Position numbers and translations under genes: made by a program. This document shows positions 38,982 to 48,955 of a stretch of 56,005 nucleotides of DNA, piece after piece. The first letter of the stretch is position 1; every line of letters begins with the position of its first letter. The stretch lies in contig JALZUS010000003.1 in NCBI GenBank assembly GCA_023299885.1, forward strand, positions 1-56,005, in the 5' to 3' direction. This DNA comes from Bdellovibrionales bacterium (GTDB taxonomy: Bacteria > Bdellovibrionota > Bdellovibrionia > Bdellovibrionales > UBA1609). The notes under the pieces were generated by a model that was not told the DNA's origin, ran no database searches, and saw only the letters and a list, made by a program, of their open reading frames with translations.

Positions 38982-41231
38982 ATGGAAGCTGACTTTTTTG
39001 CTAAAAAACTAAACCCTATGCAGCTAGAAGCCGTTAAATCGGTCCATGGCCCCCTACTCATATTGGCTGGAGCTGGCTCTGGAAAAACAAGGGCCCTCAC
39101 CTACAGGATGATATATCTCATCTCCGAAGGCGAAGCCTCGCCCTCAGAGATTTTAGCTGTAACATTTACCAATAAAGCCGCCCGTGAAATGGAGCAACGC
39201 TGCTGGAAAGCCCTAGACGAGTTTGGCATCCCATTATCTGAACCACCATGGATTAGTACTTTTCACTCTACATGTACAAAAATTCTAAGAGAGCATATTC
39301 ATTTATTAGACTACCAGCCCTTCTTTAATATTTATGATGCTTCTGATTCACTACAGCTCATTAAAAAAATATTAGCTACATTAAATATTAACGACAAAGC
39401 TTATCCAGCAAAAGGTTTTAAAGCTAAAATTGACGAGGCCAAATCATCAGCACTACTACCCGATGACCTTCCTCAAAAAAATGACAGCCTCATGGATGAT
39501 AAACAAATTGAGGTTTATAAGTATTACGAAGAAGAGCTTAAAAAAGCTAACTCTATAGATTTCAGTGGATTACTTTTAAAAACATACGAACTTTTTAGAA
39601 ACTACCCCGCCATCCTAGAAATGTATCAAGACCGCTTTCGCTTTATTATGGTAGACGAGTATCAAGATACCAACCATGTCCAATATCTAATTGTTAAAAT
39701 GTTAGCGCAAAAATATAAAAATATTTGTGTTGTCGGCGACGAAGACCAATCGATATATAGCTGGCGTGGCGCTGACATCAGAAATATTTTAGATTTTGAA
39801 AAAGATTTTGATAATTGCAAAATGATTAAACTAGAACAAAACTATCGCTCATCTAAAAATATCGTAGAAGCAGCTACTCACTTAATTAAAAATAACTCTC
39901 AAAGAAAAGAGAAAGAGCTTTTTACTAATAATAATGAAGGCTCTAAAATTTTAATTAAAGAAGTGAACACCGACTACGATGAAGCTCGCTTTGTTTTAAG
40001 TAAAATCCGGCACCTTACAGAGGTGGATACTCATAACTATAATGAGATTGCTGTTTTCTACAGAACCAATGCTCAGTCACGTGTACTTGAGGACCAACTA
40101 CGAAGTAACGGTATACCTTACAAACTGATTGGGTCTTTAAAGTTCTATGAGCGTAAAGAGATTAAAGATATTTTATCTTATATGAAATTAGCCATCAATG
40201 TGTCTGATGATATATCACTTAAACGCATCATTAATGTGCCAGCACGTGGCATAGGAAAAACTACTGTTACAAAATTAGAAATGCTAGCTGACACCAACGG
40301 CTTTAGGCTTTTTGAAGCTATACGCGTGGCCTGCACTCAAAAACTTGTGCACTCGGGCGCTGTTAAAAAGCTTTTTAATTTTTACGCCATGATTGGACAA
40401 TTTCAAAATGACGTAAAAGAACTTAAGCCTTCAGAAGTGTTTCAAAATATTTTAGAAAAAACAGAGTATGCTATAAGACTAAAAGCTGAGAACTCAGTTG
40501 AAGCCACAAACCGTATAAAAAATATTGAAGAATTCTACAATGCTATACTTCAGTTTGAAGAAGAGCGTGGCGACGATGCCACCATGGTTAACTTTTTAGA
40601 AGAGATGGCTTTGGTTTCTGATGCCGACAACATCGATGAAGATGAAAAATCTGTAACCTTAATGACTTTGCATTTATCTAAAGGCCTTGAGTACCCTAAC
40701 GTATTTATTGTTGGTATGGAAAACGGACTATTTCCAGGATTTAGAAGCATTGAAGGTGATTTTGAAGCTATGGAAGAAGAGCGCCGCCTAGCTTATGTGG
40801 GCCTTACCCGTGCAGAGAAAAACTTATTTTTATCTTATGCCCGAACTCGCCGTGTTTGGGGACAAGAGCAAAACCATATGCCAAGCACATTCTTAAGTGA
40901 AATCCCAGAGCAATATGTAGTACACGAGCGTAGCAGTGACCCCAACAGACCTCGCGCTATACTTGGCAAACCTTCTTGGAAAAAAACCAAATTTAAAGCA
41001 GAAGAAACTTTTGATAGCTTTCCTGATTATGAAAATCAAAGTAACGATTTTTATGCAGAAGGCTCTGGATCGAGCTACCAACGTGGTATGCGTGTAAAGC
41101 ATCCTACCTTTGGGCCCGGTACTATTTATAAAGTAGAAGGCAGCGGTGACACAGAAAAAGTAACTGTTAAGTTTCCAAACAACAGGCTTAAAAAGTTTGT
41201 GACTAAATATGCTCGCCTTGAGGTTTTGTAG
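38982..41231 (+). CDS. UvrD/PcrA ATP-dependent DNA helicase
   Basis: AGAGSGKT, TFTNKAA, VDEYQDTN, GDEDQSIY.WRGA, QNYRS, YRTNAQSR, TLH.SKGLE, EERRLAYV; C-terminal V.HP.FG Tudor-like domain. Confidence 0.96.
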   Translation: MEADFFAKKLNPMQLEAVKSVHGPLLILAGAGSGKTRALTYRMIYLISEGEASPSEILAVTFTNKAAREMEQRCWKALDEFGIPLSEPPWISTFHSTCTKILREHIHLLDYQPFFNIYDASDSLQLIKKILATLNINDKAYPAKGFKAKIDEAKSSALLPDDLPQKNDSLMDDKQIEVYKYYEEELKKANSIDFSGLLLKTYELFRNYPAILEMYQDRFRFIMVDEYQDTNHVQYLIVKMLAQKYKNICVVGDEDQSIYSWRGADIRNILDFEKDFDNCKMIKLEQNYRSSKNIVEAATHLIKNNSQRKEKELFTNNNEGSKILIKEVNTDYDEARFVLSKIRHLTEVDTHNYNEIAVFYRTNAQSRVLEDQLRSNGIPYKLIGSLKFYERKEIKDILSYMKLAINVSDDISLKRIINVPARGIGKTTVTKLEMLADTNGFRLFEAIRVACTQKLVHSGAVKKLFNFYAMIGQFQNDVKELKPSEVFQNILEKTEYAIRLKAENSVEATNRIKNIEEFYNAILQFEEERGDDATMVNFLEEMALVSDADNIDEDEKSVTLMTLHLSKGLEYPNVFIVGMENGLFPGFRSIEGDFEAMEEERRLAYVGLTRAEKNLFLSYARTRRVWGQEQNHMPSTFLSEIPEQYVVHERSSDPNRPRAILGKPSWKKTKFKAEETFDSFPDYENQSNDFYAEGSGSSYQRGMRVKHPTFGPGTIYKVEGSGDTEKVTVKFPNNRLKKFVTKYARLEVL

Positions 41232-42405
41232 ATTTAATCTCTTCCCACTCTGATTTGTAAGCCTGACTCACTTCAGGCTTCACAATATTAAGCGGATTTT
41301 TATAAACACCCTCTTTATTATCCCAACCCTTAAAGTGCCATTCTTTATCTGATTGTGAAGTTATAAAGTTTGGTGTTAACCCAGCCTTGCCGCCACCACC
41401 TGGGATATCTAAAGATAGGTTAGGCATAGCCAGCCCTGACATATGACCCCACAACTCTTTTTGAATAGCTAAACTATCCTGGATACTTGTTCGCAAGTGA
41501 TCTGTACCCTCTGAAGGGTCACACTGAAACATATAGTATGGACGCACACGTAAATATAAAAGCCTACGAGACAAAGCCTGCACAATGGCAGCATTATTAT
41601 TTATTCCGTTTAATAAAACCATTTGGTTATAAACAGGCACACCGTTATCGACTAACAACTCTAAACATTTCGCTGCCTCTATAGTGATTTCATCTGGGTG
41701 GTTAAAGTGAGTCATTAAATAAACAGGCTTATACTTTTTTAATAGGCCTACTAATTCTGCTGTTATTCTAAATGGATTAACCACTGGCATGCGAGAACCT
41801 ATACGAATAATTTCTATGTGCTCTATCTGTCTTAAGTCAGATAATACTTTTTCTAACTTTGAATCTGAAAGTGTTAAAGGATCGCCACCTGATAAAATAA
41901 CCTCACGCAACGATTTTGTTTTTTTAATATAGCTTAAAGCTTCTTCGTACTCCGATGCCTTTGGAAACACTTGCTCTTGGCCGGTAAAATGTTTTCTTGT
42001 GCAGTAACGGCAGTATACATTGCAAAAATCTGTTACTAAAAACAAACAACGGTCAGAGTACCTATGGATAATTCTTTTTTGTGGCCTATTCGCGTTTTCG
42101 CCTAAAGGGTCTAACATAGATTGCTGGCCTTCAAAAAGCTCTTGTGTTTTTGGAAGTATAATTTGGCGGACAGGGTCTTTAACTGAGCCCGAAGCACTCG
42201 CAACAGCCGCATAGTAAGGAGAAACTCTTACTTTAAAAATCTTATCATTACCCGAGAAAGCCTTCGCTTCATTTTCAGTGAGTGAAAATACTTTTTCAAA
42301 GTCTGACTTTACCTTCAATGAATGCTTAACTTGCCACTTCCAAGAGGTCCAATCCTCTTGCGAAACCACTTTGGGCTTATTTATTTGTCTCCAGTTAAAC
42401 TTCAT
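41203..42405 (-). CDS. KamA-family radical SAM lysine 2,3-aminomutase
   Basis: WKWQ, DPLGE, HRY.DR, CNVYCRYCTR, LSGGDPL, HFNHP.E, PYY, PGGGGK. Confidence 0.93.
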   Translation of the reverse strand: MKFNWRQINKPKVVSQEDWTSWKWQVKHSLKVKSDFEKVFSLTENEAKAFSGNDKIFKVRVSPYYAAVASASGSVKDPVRQIILPKTQELFEGQQSMLDPLGENANRPQKRIIHRYSDRCLFLVTDFCNVYCRYCTRKHFTGQEQVFPKASEYEEALSYIKKTKSLREVILSGGDPLTLSDSKLEKVLSDLRQIEHIEIIRIGSRMPVVNPFRITAELVGLLKKYKPVYLMTHFNHPDEITIEAAKCLELLVDNGVPVYNQMVLLNGINNNAAIVQALSRRLLYLRVRPYYMFQCDPSEGTDHLRTSIQDSLAIQKELWGHMSGLAMPNLSLDIPGGGGKAGLTPNFITSQSDKEWHFKGWDNKEGVYKNPLNIVKPEVSQAYKSEWEEIKSTKPQGEHI

Positions 42406-42659
42406 AAAATGGTTATAGCGAGTGTTGATGATAACTTCTAGAGCCTTTGCGCCACATAAATGCCTCAGACTGATACTAAATCACTGTATAAAAACCTAAA
42501 AACCCCGTCAGAATTCTAAACACTATAAGTGCTTGAAATTAATGGGGTTTCTCAGGCTGAGACAAAACCTCCCCTGTTTTTAACAAGACTCAATTAAAAC
42601 TTAAAACCTTCAGTCTCAAAAAACTAAGTCATTTCAGGCACTTAATTTTTTAAGAACAT

Positions 42660-42675
42660 TGGCACTCCTATTGTA
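42660..42675 (+). promoter_or_regulatory. Sigma54-like promoter (variant -12)
   Basis: TGGCAC-tccta-TTGTA upstream of ATG 42751; the -12 reads GT rather than GC. Confidence 0.5.
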
Positions 42676-42750
42676 TTAATAAGAGGTAAGTAGGCGAAAC
42701 AAAGTTATTTAAAAACGATTTTTAAATAACACTAAAAAAGAGGATAACAT

Positions 42751-44379
42751 ATGAAAACAAACAAATTAGGCTTTTTAGGTTTATTAGCAATCATAGCATT
42801 TAACTATGCTTTAATGGAAAAAAGCCCTCTTCAGTTTATTAAAAAAGACGCCCCAAGAAGTTTAGCCGGTGAATTAGCTATCTCTGTACCTAGTACTTCA
42901 GAGGTTGTACAAGCTGCACCTGTAACAATTGAAATTCTTGGTACGATCTCGTCTACTAAAGACTTAAACACTGCCTCTGACTTATGTTTTTCACATATAG
43001 AAAAAGACATAACAACTTCTGGTTCACCAAAAAGTACTTGTTACTTCACATCAAAAGTTTGTGGTACTGACATTACAAACAACTATGAAATCGATTTAAG
43101 GACTGCATCAAAACTAAATGCAGATAAAGAAAACTTAACAACTGCTGAAAAAAGAAAAAACACTAAAGAGTATGTTCTTACTAAAATAACTGAAGGCTAC
43201 AAATCTGTTACAAATTCATTTTGTGCAAAGAAAACAGCTGAAGCACCTGCTAGCAAAACAGACACTACTGAAACTGCTAAAGGATTACTTCCTAGCATTG
43301 CATTAGGCAAGGCAAACACTGACGTAGCTCAAAAGACTGCTGAAGTAGTAAAAGAAGTATCTATCCGTGAAGAATGTACTGCTATTAGAAAAAATGTAAA
43401 ATCTGACAGAAGAAGTCGTAGATCTGCAACTGTAGCCGCTGAAACTGCTGCCTCTAGATACGCCAACAGAAGTGCAAAAACATCTCGCCCAGAAACAAGA
43501 GATGAAAGCCAAGATGAAGACTTAACAGAAGAGCTTATCGCAGATGCTGAGTATATTTTATTTAATGAAGATACAACAAAAAGTGAACTAAGCCATTGCT
43601 TAGATGAATTTAGAAAGTCTAAAAATAATACTTTAAAAAATATAGCTAAAGATTATAAAACAGCTAAAAAGCATGAAGAAAAAATTGCTAAAGAAGTAGA
43701 AAACAGTCTTTCTAACTATGACTTAGCTGCTGCTAAAATTAACCAAAACCAAAGCCTATGCTTACAGCAAGCTCAAATTAGACTTTCACAAAGCACAATA
43801 CAGCAACCACAACAAAATTTTAACCAACCACAGTTTCAAAATCAGTTAGCTCAAATTCAACAGAACTTACAAAACTTAAACCAAGGCGCACAACAAGCCT
43901 ACCAAACACAAGTAAGTGCTTGTAATGCTCAATACAATACAAACATATTAACAAGCCAGTACTCTAACGGTTTAAATAACTACTTAACTAATAGCAGCCA
44001 GTATGTTCAGAGCAAGGTTCAGTCTAGCAGCATTCTTGAAAACTACAGAAGCTGGGTAAGAACTGAAATCTCTGCAGTACAAAATGCATTAGGATACAAC
44101 ACTCAGTTTACAAACCCATCATTTGTACCTGGAACTACCCAAAGAACATTTGATACCTCTAGCCTTACAAATATCCAACAGCCAGTAATTTCGCCAAGTG
44201 TTGCTAACCCAAACTTTGCGCCTAACACTGTGCCCGGTACAAGAACATTATCTACAAACAGCAGTGTTACTGGTGTTTACACACAGACTCCACAAGTAGC
44301 TCTTCCTAATTTTGCAGCCCCTAGAAGTGGTGCTTCAGTTACAGTGCCTACTAACAGACAGCCACTAGTAAGACGATAA
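42751..44379 (+). CDS. Hypothetical exported/membrane-anchored protein with Q/N-rich and P/T-rich regions
   Basis: RBS GAGGA; N-terminal hydrophobic segment; 8 Cys; terminator downstream. Confidence 0.8.
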   Translation: MKTNKLGFLGLLAIIAFNYALMEKSPLQFIKKDAPRSLAGELAISVPSTSEVVQAAPVTIEILGTISSTKDLNTASDLCFSHIEKDITTSGSPKSTCYFTSKVCGTDITNNYEIDLRTASKLNADKENLTTAEKRKNTKEYVLTKITEGYKSVTNSFCAKKTAEAPASKTDTTETAKGLLPSIALGKANTDVAQKTAEVVKEVSIREECTAIRKNVKSDRRSRRSATVAAETAASRYANRSAKTSRPETRDESQDEDLTEELIADAEYILFNEDTTKSELSHCLDEFRKSKNNTLKNIAKDYKTAKKHEEKIAKEVENSLSNYDLAAAKINQNQSLCLQQAQIRLSQSTIQQPQQNFNQPQFQNQLAQIQQNLQNLNQGAQQAYQTQVSACNAQYNTNILTSQYSNGLNNYLTNSSQYVQSKVQSSSILENYRSWVRTEISAVQNALGYNTQFTNPSFVPGTTQRTFDTSSLTNIQQPVISPSVANPNFAPNTVPGTRTLSTNSSVTGVYTQTPQVALPNFAAPRSGASVTVPTNRQPLVRR

Positions 44380-44439
44380 TTTATTTTAAATTTAACTCTG
44401 CAAAGGATTTGCTAATGTTATCTTAAGTGTTCGCCCACT

Positions 44440-44469
44440 TAGCCAGCTTTGAAAAAAGCTGGTTTTTTT
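44440..44469 (+). terminator. Intrinsic terminator
   Basis: AGCCAGCTTT-gaaa-AAAGCTGGTT followed by a T run. Confidence 0.85.
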
Positions 44470-44485
44470 ATTTAGTGGCTTTATC

Positions 44486-44519
44486 AAAAAAAAGCCCAGG
44501 AAACTTTCGCTCCCTGGAC
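44486..44519 (-). terminator. Intrinsic terminator with GAAA tetraloop
   Basis: Minus strand GTCCAGGGAGC-GAAA-GTTTCCTGGGC followed by T8. Confidence 0.75.
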
Positions 44520-44570
44520 CCCCCACCGCTCTCACATGTTGTATTCTAAGATGTCAGATCTCTGTTGCTT

Positions 44571-45920
44571 TTAAAAATGAACAACGGCTTTAGTAAATAA
44601 TCCAATAGTTGTGCTCGTTTCAAAAGCTGATGAGCCGCCTTCAAATGCAGAGCCAGGAAGTAACACAGCACCACCTGCTGTTAATGATAACCTCTCATGA
44701 GGCTTCCAATTAACAAATAAATCAAATTCATAACCTAAGTCCTTATCAGTAGATCCGGTAAACTCTTCATCCATAAAGCCTGCAGTTATACGAACGTCAG
44801 TGCTCCACTCACTATTCCACTGATAGCTAAGCATTGGAGCTATATAAAATGCATTACTAATGGCTTCTTTATCAAAACGACTAATAGATGGGTCATTATT
44901 TAAAGGATTATTTGTTTTCAATAAGTCTTGCTGGCCAAGCTTATAGTTAAACATTAAATGAGCAACGTCATAGTTTCTTGCAAAGGTAAAACCTTCGTAA
45001 GTATCTGTTGTAGAATCATCATCTCCAGAGGCATAACCCAATTTAAAGTTAAGCTTCCATTTAGACCACTCATAATTAACTTCGGCAGCAACACCAACAC
45101 TACCAGATGCCTTTACTCTTGAACCCGTTACATTGTCAGCCACGCCCAAATCACCGCTTTGAGTAGCACCCTCTAAAGACCATCCCCAGTTTTCATACTG
45201 GCGCTTAATAAATAAAGAGTAAGTTGTTAGGTTTAAGTCGCCATCTTGAAAGTAATTGCCTGTATGTAAACCAAAAGTACCTTGAGAGGCTTTTCGCTTT
45301 TGAAAATAAAGGCCCATGTCTAGGCCTGTATCTGGGCGCTTATAATCAAGCTGAATGATAAAATCTCTGATGTCATCATTATCAGAAATAGAACCCTCTA
45401 ATAATTTTGCATACATTGGCGTCACTGTGAAATTACCAATTTCAACTTTAACAGCCGCTAAGTCTCGGCTATTTAACCAATGGTCATAATCACCATGGCC
45501 GCTATTATTAAGTATCCCTAAACCAAAATCTAAAGGAGCGCGACCTAGTACAAATAAAAAGTTGTCGTAACCATAGTTAAGATACATTTCATTAACAGCA
45601 ACATCTCTTGGCGCTAATTTGCTACCAGCAAACGGGTCAGTATCAGAACCTCCCCATAAAGAACCTAACTGATCTACATCTGAATCATTAAAAATATCAA
45701 AGCGACCTCTAATTTCTATAGTGTCAGTAGCCTGAATTGTTGGGTTTAGAACCAAATGATGAGTGCCGTAACTAACATCTCCAGCTTGGCCATCCAAACT
45801 GAGGTCATCGATTGAATGAGCTTCAAAACGGTAATGCCCAGACCAATCTATGAGGCCATAAGCCATAGCCGGCTGAAATAATAAAAAGAAAACAACTAAC
45901 TGACGAAATGCGAAAACCAT
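44571..45920 (-). CDS. Outer-membrane beta-barrel protein (porin/alginate-export-like)
   Basis: Signal peptide, alternating beta-strand pattern, GYASGD, DLGYEFD, C-terminal Phe. Confidence 0.8.
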   Translation of the reverse strand: MVFAFRQLVVFFLLFQPAMAYGLIDWSGHYRFEAHSIDDLSLDGQAGDVSYGTHHLVLNPTIQATDTIEIRGRFDIFNDSDVDQLGSLWGGSDTDPFAGSKLAPRDVAVNEMYLNYGYDNFLFVLGRAPLDFGLGILNNSGHGDYDHWLNSRDLAAVKVEIGNFTVTPMYAKLLEGSISDNDDIRDFIIQLDYKRPDTGLDMGLYFQKRKASQGTFGLHTGNYFQDGDLNLTTYSLFIKRQYENWGWSLEGATQSGDLGVADNVTGSRVKASGSVGVAAEVNYEWSKWKLNFKLGYASGDDDSTTDTYEGFTFARNYDVAHLMFNYKLGQQDLLKTNNPLNNDPSISRFDKEAISNAFYIAPMLSYQWNSEWSTDVRITAGFMDEEFTGSTDKDLGYEFDLFVNWKPHERLSLTAGGAVLLPGSAFEGGSSAFETSTTIGLFTKAVVHF

Positions 45921-46059
45921 AAAGAATCCTCTTCCAATACTTAAGTACGTATTAAAATTTAAACATTATTTAGAGTAAAAAAGAAGTCCTTATTAATATG
46001 TGCCGCAATCATGAGCTTGTTTTGTACTTCAAACAATAAGTGCGCCTAATATATATGCA

Positions 46060-48291
46060 CTAATACCCGCTAAGGATTAGCTCTGTATTTTTTTGCTCTT
46101 TTTCAGAGGCGTTTGGTATTTTACTCAGCACCTCTTTAGGGCTTAAAGATTTAATAACAACATCTTCAGGCCATTCAAAATCTTCAGGCTTGTTATCTAC
46201 TTTTTTCATAAGATCTAACCATAACCTTAAGGCACCACTCGCCCCTGTTAAGCCCGTTGATGTTGCATCATCTTTACCAATCCATGTGACGGCTAAATAC
46301 CTTGGAGTAAAGCCAACAAACCAAGAGTCTTTAGTGCCTGTTGTTGTCCCCGTTTTACCAGCAGCAATACCCGTAAACCCCAAAGGTGCACTGGCTCTTG
46401 CTGTACCGCTCACTAATGTTTGCTTCATCATGCCCACAAGCTGAGCCACCTTACTAGCCTCAATCACTTGATTATTTATTGGCTCCCACTCATACAACAA
46501 TTTATCTTTTTGGTTTTTAACTTGGAAAATACTATGTAAGTCTTTCTTTTTACCCATACTAGCAATAGTTGTATAAGCCCTAGCTAAATCAAAGGGCTCT
46601 AGCTCAAAAGAGCCCAAGCTTAATGACGGCAAAGGTTTAATCTTAGAGCGAACACCCATTTTTTTAGCCATAGAAACAATATCAGATAACCCCGTCTCTA
46701 TCCCAAGCCTTGCTGTTGGCACATTTAAAGAATTTTTTAAAGCATAGTAAGCAGGAACCTCTCCAAGAAAATCATTGTCATAATTTCTAGGGGTCCACGA
46801 TTGCCCTTGGTATTTATGAGTGAACGGTTCGTCATTTAAAACTGACAATGGGTTAATAATAGCTTTTTCTAAAGCCGTTAAATAAACAATGGGCTTCATA
46901 ACAGAGCCCACTTGCCGTTTAGATTCAATAGCACGGTTATACTGTGTCTTAGAAAAAGAACGGCCACCAATTAAAGCCACAATCTCTGCTTTAATATGGT
47001 CTACCAAAATAACAATAGTTTGCAGGTCTTTCTTTTTATCAAAACTATTTTTAAAGCCTACTAAAATTTTATCTACACTTTTTTCTGCAAAACTTTGGGC
47101 TGATAAATCTAAAGTGGTGTAAACCTTTAAGCCGTCTTCATTTTTAATATTAAGCTCTTCTAGCTCTTTATATACTTTTTGCACAAAATAAGAGGCTGAT
47201 AATTTTTTAGAAGAGCCCGTCTTTTTTGGTAATGGTTTTTTAATAGCACTTTCATAATCTGATGGCGTTATATATTTAAGAGCTGCCATTTTTTTAAGGA
47301 CAGACTGCCTGCGTTTCATAGCGTTTTCTTGCTGAGTGAATGGGTTGTAGCGCCCCGGAGAATTCAGTAAGGCCGCTAGCATGGCACACTCATCTAGATT
47401 TAAGTTTTCTACTTTTTTACCGTAATAATAATTAGCAGCAGCAGAAAATCCCCTAACCTGAAAAGCACCATCTTGGCCCATGTATATAACATTTAAGTAA
47501 GCGCTTAAGATTTTATCTTTACTGACCCTGCGCTCTAAAGCCAAAGTCATTAAAATTTCTGTAAGCTTTCTTTTAAGTGTTTTCTCACTAGTTAAAAAAT
47601 AATTTTTTACGAGCTGCTGTGATATAGTGCTGCCACCTTGTGAATACCTGGCCGACTTTAAATTAGCAATAATTGCTCTGGCTATACCAAAAGGATTAAT
47701 CCCCCTATGAGTAATAAAGCTTTTATCTTCTATAGCTGTAATCGCTTGGACACACTGAACTGGCACCTGCCCTACGCCAACAACATCCCTTAAAAGAGGC
47801 TGCTTATTATAAAATTGAGCAAATAAAGTTGGAGGCAGCATTACTTTATGACTAATACTCTTTGCATACTCTGTTTGGTTAGGACTGTATTCTTTGTGAT
47901 TAATTATATTTGCAACTTTATTGTTTTCATCAACAACAATAATATAACGCTGGCTATGACTAACCTTAACTTCCCAACAGTCTGAAACTATAAACTCTGA
48001 TAAGCCTAAACATAATTGAGAGTTAGGGTTATAAGCTTTTGCAGCTGTTATGTTTTCAAGATTGCCACGCTTAAAGTAACTTTTTAAAAGACGCTGTCTC
48101 AAAGAGCTTGCGTTAAAGGTATCCCCCTCATTAATAATATAAGGCTTGGAGTAAATTTCTACTGCTGGCGGAAACCAGCCTTTTTTAGTGGCCTCCTGGA
48201 TGCGGTCATCGAGCTTATAAGTCCAAGCCACTAAAGCGACTAAAACGGCTACACCTAAAAATACTAAAGCTAAAAAAATCTTTTTAAACAT
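46060..48291 (-). CDS. mrcB: Class A penicillin-binding protein (PBP1B-like)
   Basis: EDKSF..H.G, QGGSTISQQLVKN, RKLTE; SVMK, SLN, KTGT; UB2H-like region after the TM helix. Confidence 0.9.
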   Translation of the reverse strand: MFKKIFLALVFLGVAVLVALVAWTYKLDDRIQEATKKGWFPPAVEIYSKPYIINEGDTFNASSLRQRLLKSYFKRGNLENITAAKAYNPNSQLCLGLSEFIVSDCWEVKVSHSQRYIIVVDENNKVANIINHKEYSPNQTEYAKSISHKVMLPPTLFAQFYNKQPLLRDVVGVGQVPVQCVQAITAIEDKSFITHRGINPFGIARAIIANLKSARYSQGGSTISQQLVKNYFLTSEKTLKRKLTEILMTLALERRVSKDKILSAYLNVIYMGQDGAFQVRGFSAAANYYYGKKVENLNLDECAMLAALLNSPGRYNPFTQQENAMKRRQSVLKKMAALKYITPSDYESAIKKPLPKKTGSSKKLSASYFVQKVYKELEELNIKNEDGLKVYTTLDLSAQSFAEKSVDKILVGFKNSFDKKKDLQTIVILVDHIKAEIVALIGGRSFSKTQYNRAIESKRQVGSVMKPIVYLTALEKAIINPLSVLNDEPFTHKYQGQSWTPRNYDNDFLGEVPAYYALKNSLNVPTARLGIETGLSDIVSMAKKMGVRSKIKPLPSLSLGSFELEPFDLARAYTTIASMGKKKDLHSIFQVKNQKDKLLYEWEPINNQVIEASKVAQLVGMMKQTLVSGTARASAPLGFTGIAAGKTGTTTGTKDSWFVGFTPRYLAVTWIGKDDATSTGLTGASGALRLWLDLMKKVDNKPEDFEWPEDVVIKSLSPKEVLSKIPNASEKEQKNTELILSGY

Positions 48292-48375
48292 CTTTTTGGT
48301 TATAAAACAAAGACCCTCAGGCTTCAAACAAAACTCTACCTTGACTTAATAAGCACCCTGCCTTGTAGTTAAGGC

Positions 48376-48654
48376 ATGAGGATAACACCAAAGCAAATAA
48401 ATCGTTTAGTGAGTATGATATTTAAAGAGCTTAAAGAAGGCTCACTAATAGAGTTTAAAACAAAAGAAGAAGCCGCCTTTAAAAGGGCCATCGAAATCGT
48501 TAACCAAGATTTTGAGCGCGAAAAAGACTTAGACGAAGAAGTGAATCAAATGATGGACGACCTAGAGCGCCAACAGGGTGCCGACTTCCAAAGGTATAAA
48601 ATGTTTCCATTACTTAAAAAGCGCTTAGCCGAAAAAAAAGGAATTGTCTTATGA
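48376..48654 (+). CDS. DUF507-like protein
   Basis: MRITPKQI start, E..LD.EV, MF..LKKRLA.KKG.VL end. Confidence 0.75.
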   Translation: MRITPKQINRLVSMIFKELKEGSLIEFKTKEEAAFKRAIEIVNQDFEREKDLDEEVNQMMDDLERQQGADFQRYKMFPLLKKRLAEKKGIVL

Positions 48655-48920
48655 TCTCAGATGCACGACTTGGACATTTAGCTTCAATAATAATAGATAA
48701 ACTTTGGAAAGACGATATTGTCGACTACACCGATGAAGAGCGCGCTGTCCGCATGGCCAGAAAAGCCGCCTCTAACTTTGGCCAAGAGTTTAAAGACATC
48801 GATGCCAAAGCTAAAAAAATGGTAGCTTCGCTTAAACGCGGCGTTGTTGAAGGCAGCCCCGAATGGGATGTTATGTACCGCAAATATTTCGAAGAAGAGC
48901 TTAATAAGCGCGGTAATTAG
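48651..48920 (+). CDS. DUF507-like protein
   Basis: ID..A...V.SLKRGVVEGSPEWDVMYRKYFEEEL; ATGA-coupled to the upstream gene. Confidence 0.78.
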   Translation: MISDARLGHLASIIIDKLWKDDIVDYTDEERAVRMARKAASNFGQEFKDIDAKAKKMVASLKRGVVEGSPEWDVMYRKYFEEELNKRGN

Positions 48921-48955
48921 TTTTAATAAAATTATACTTTAACTATGTACCTTTA

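Noticed and set aside
41203-42405. KamA gene as EF-P modification epmB or part of lysine fermentation
   Set aside because: No efp, epmA or kamDE in the window, so the specific role cannot be assigned.
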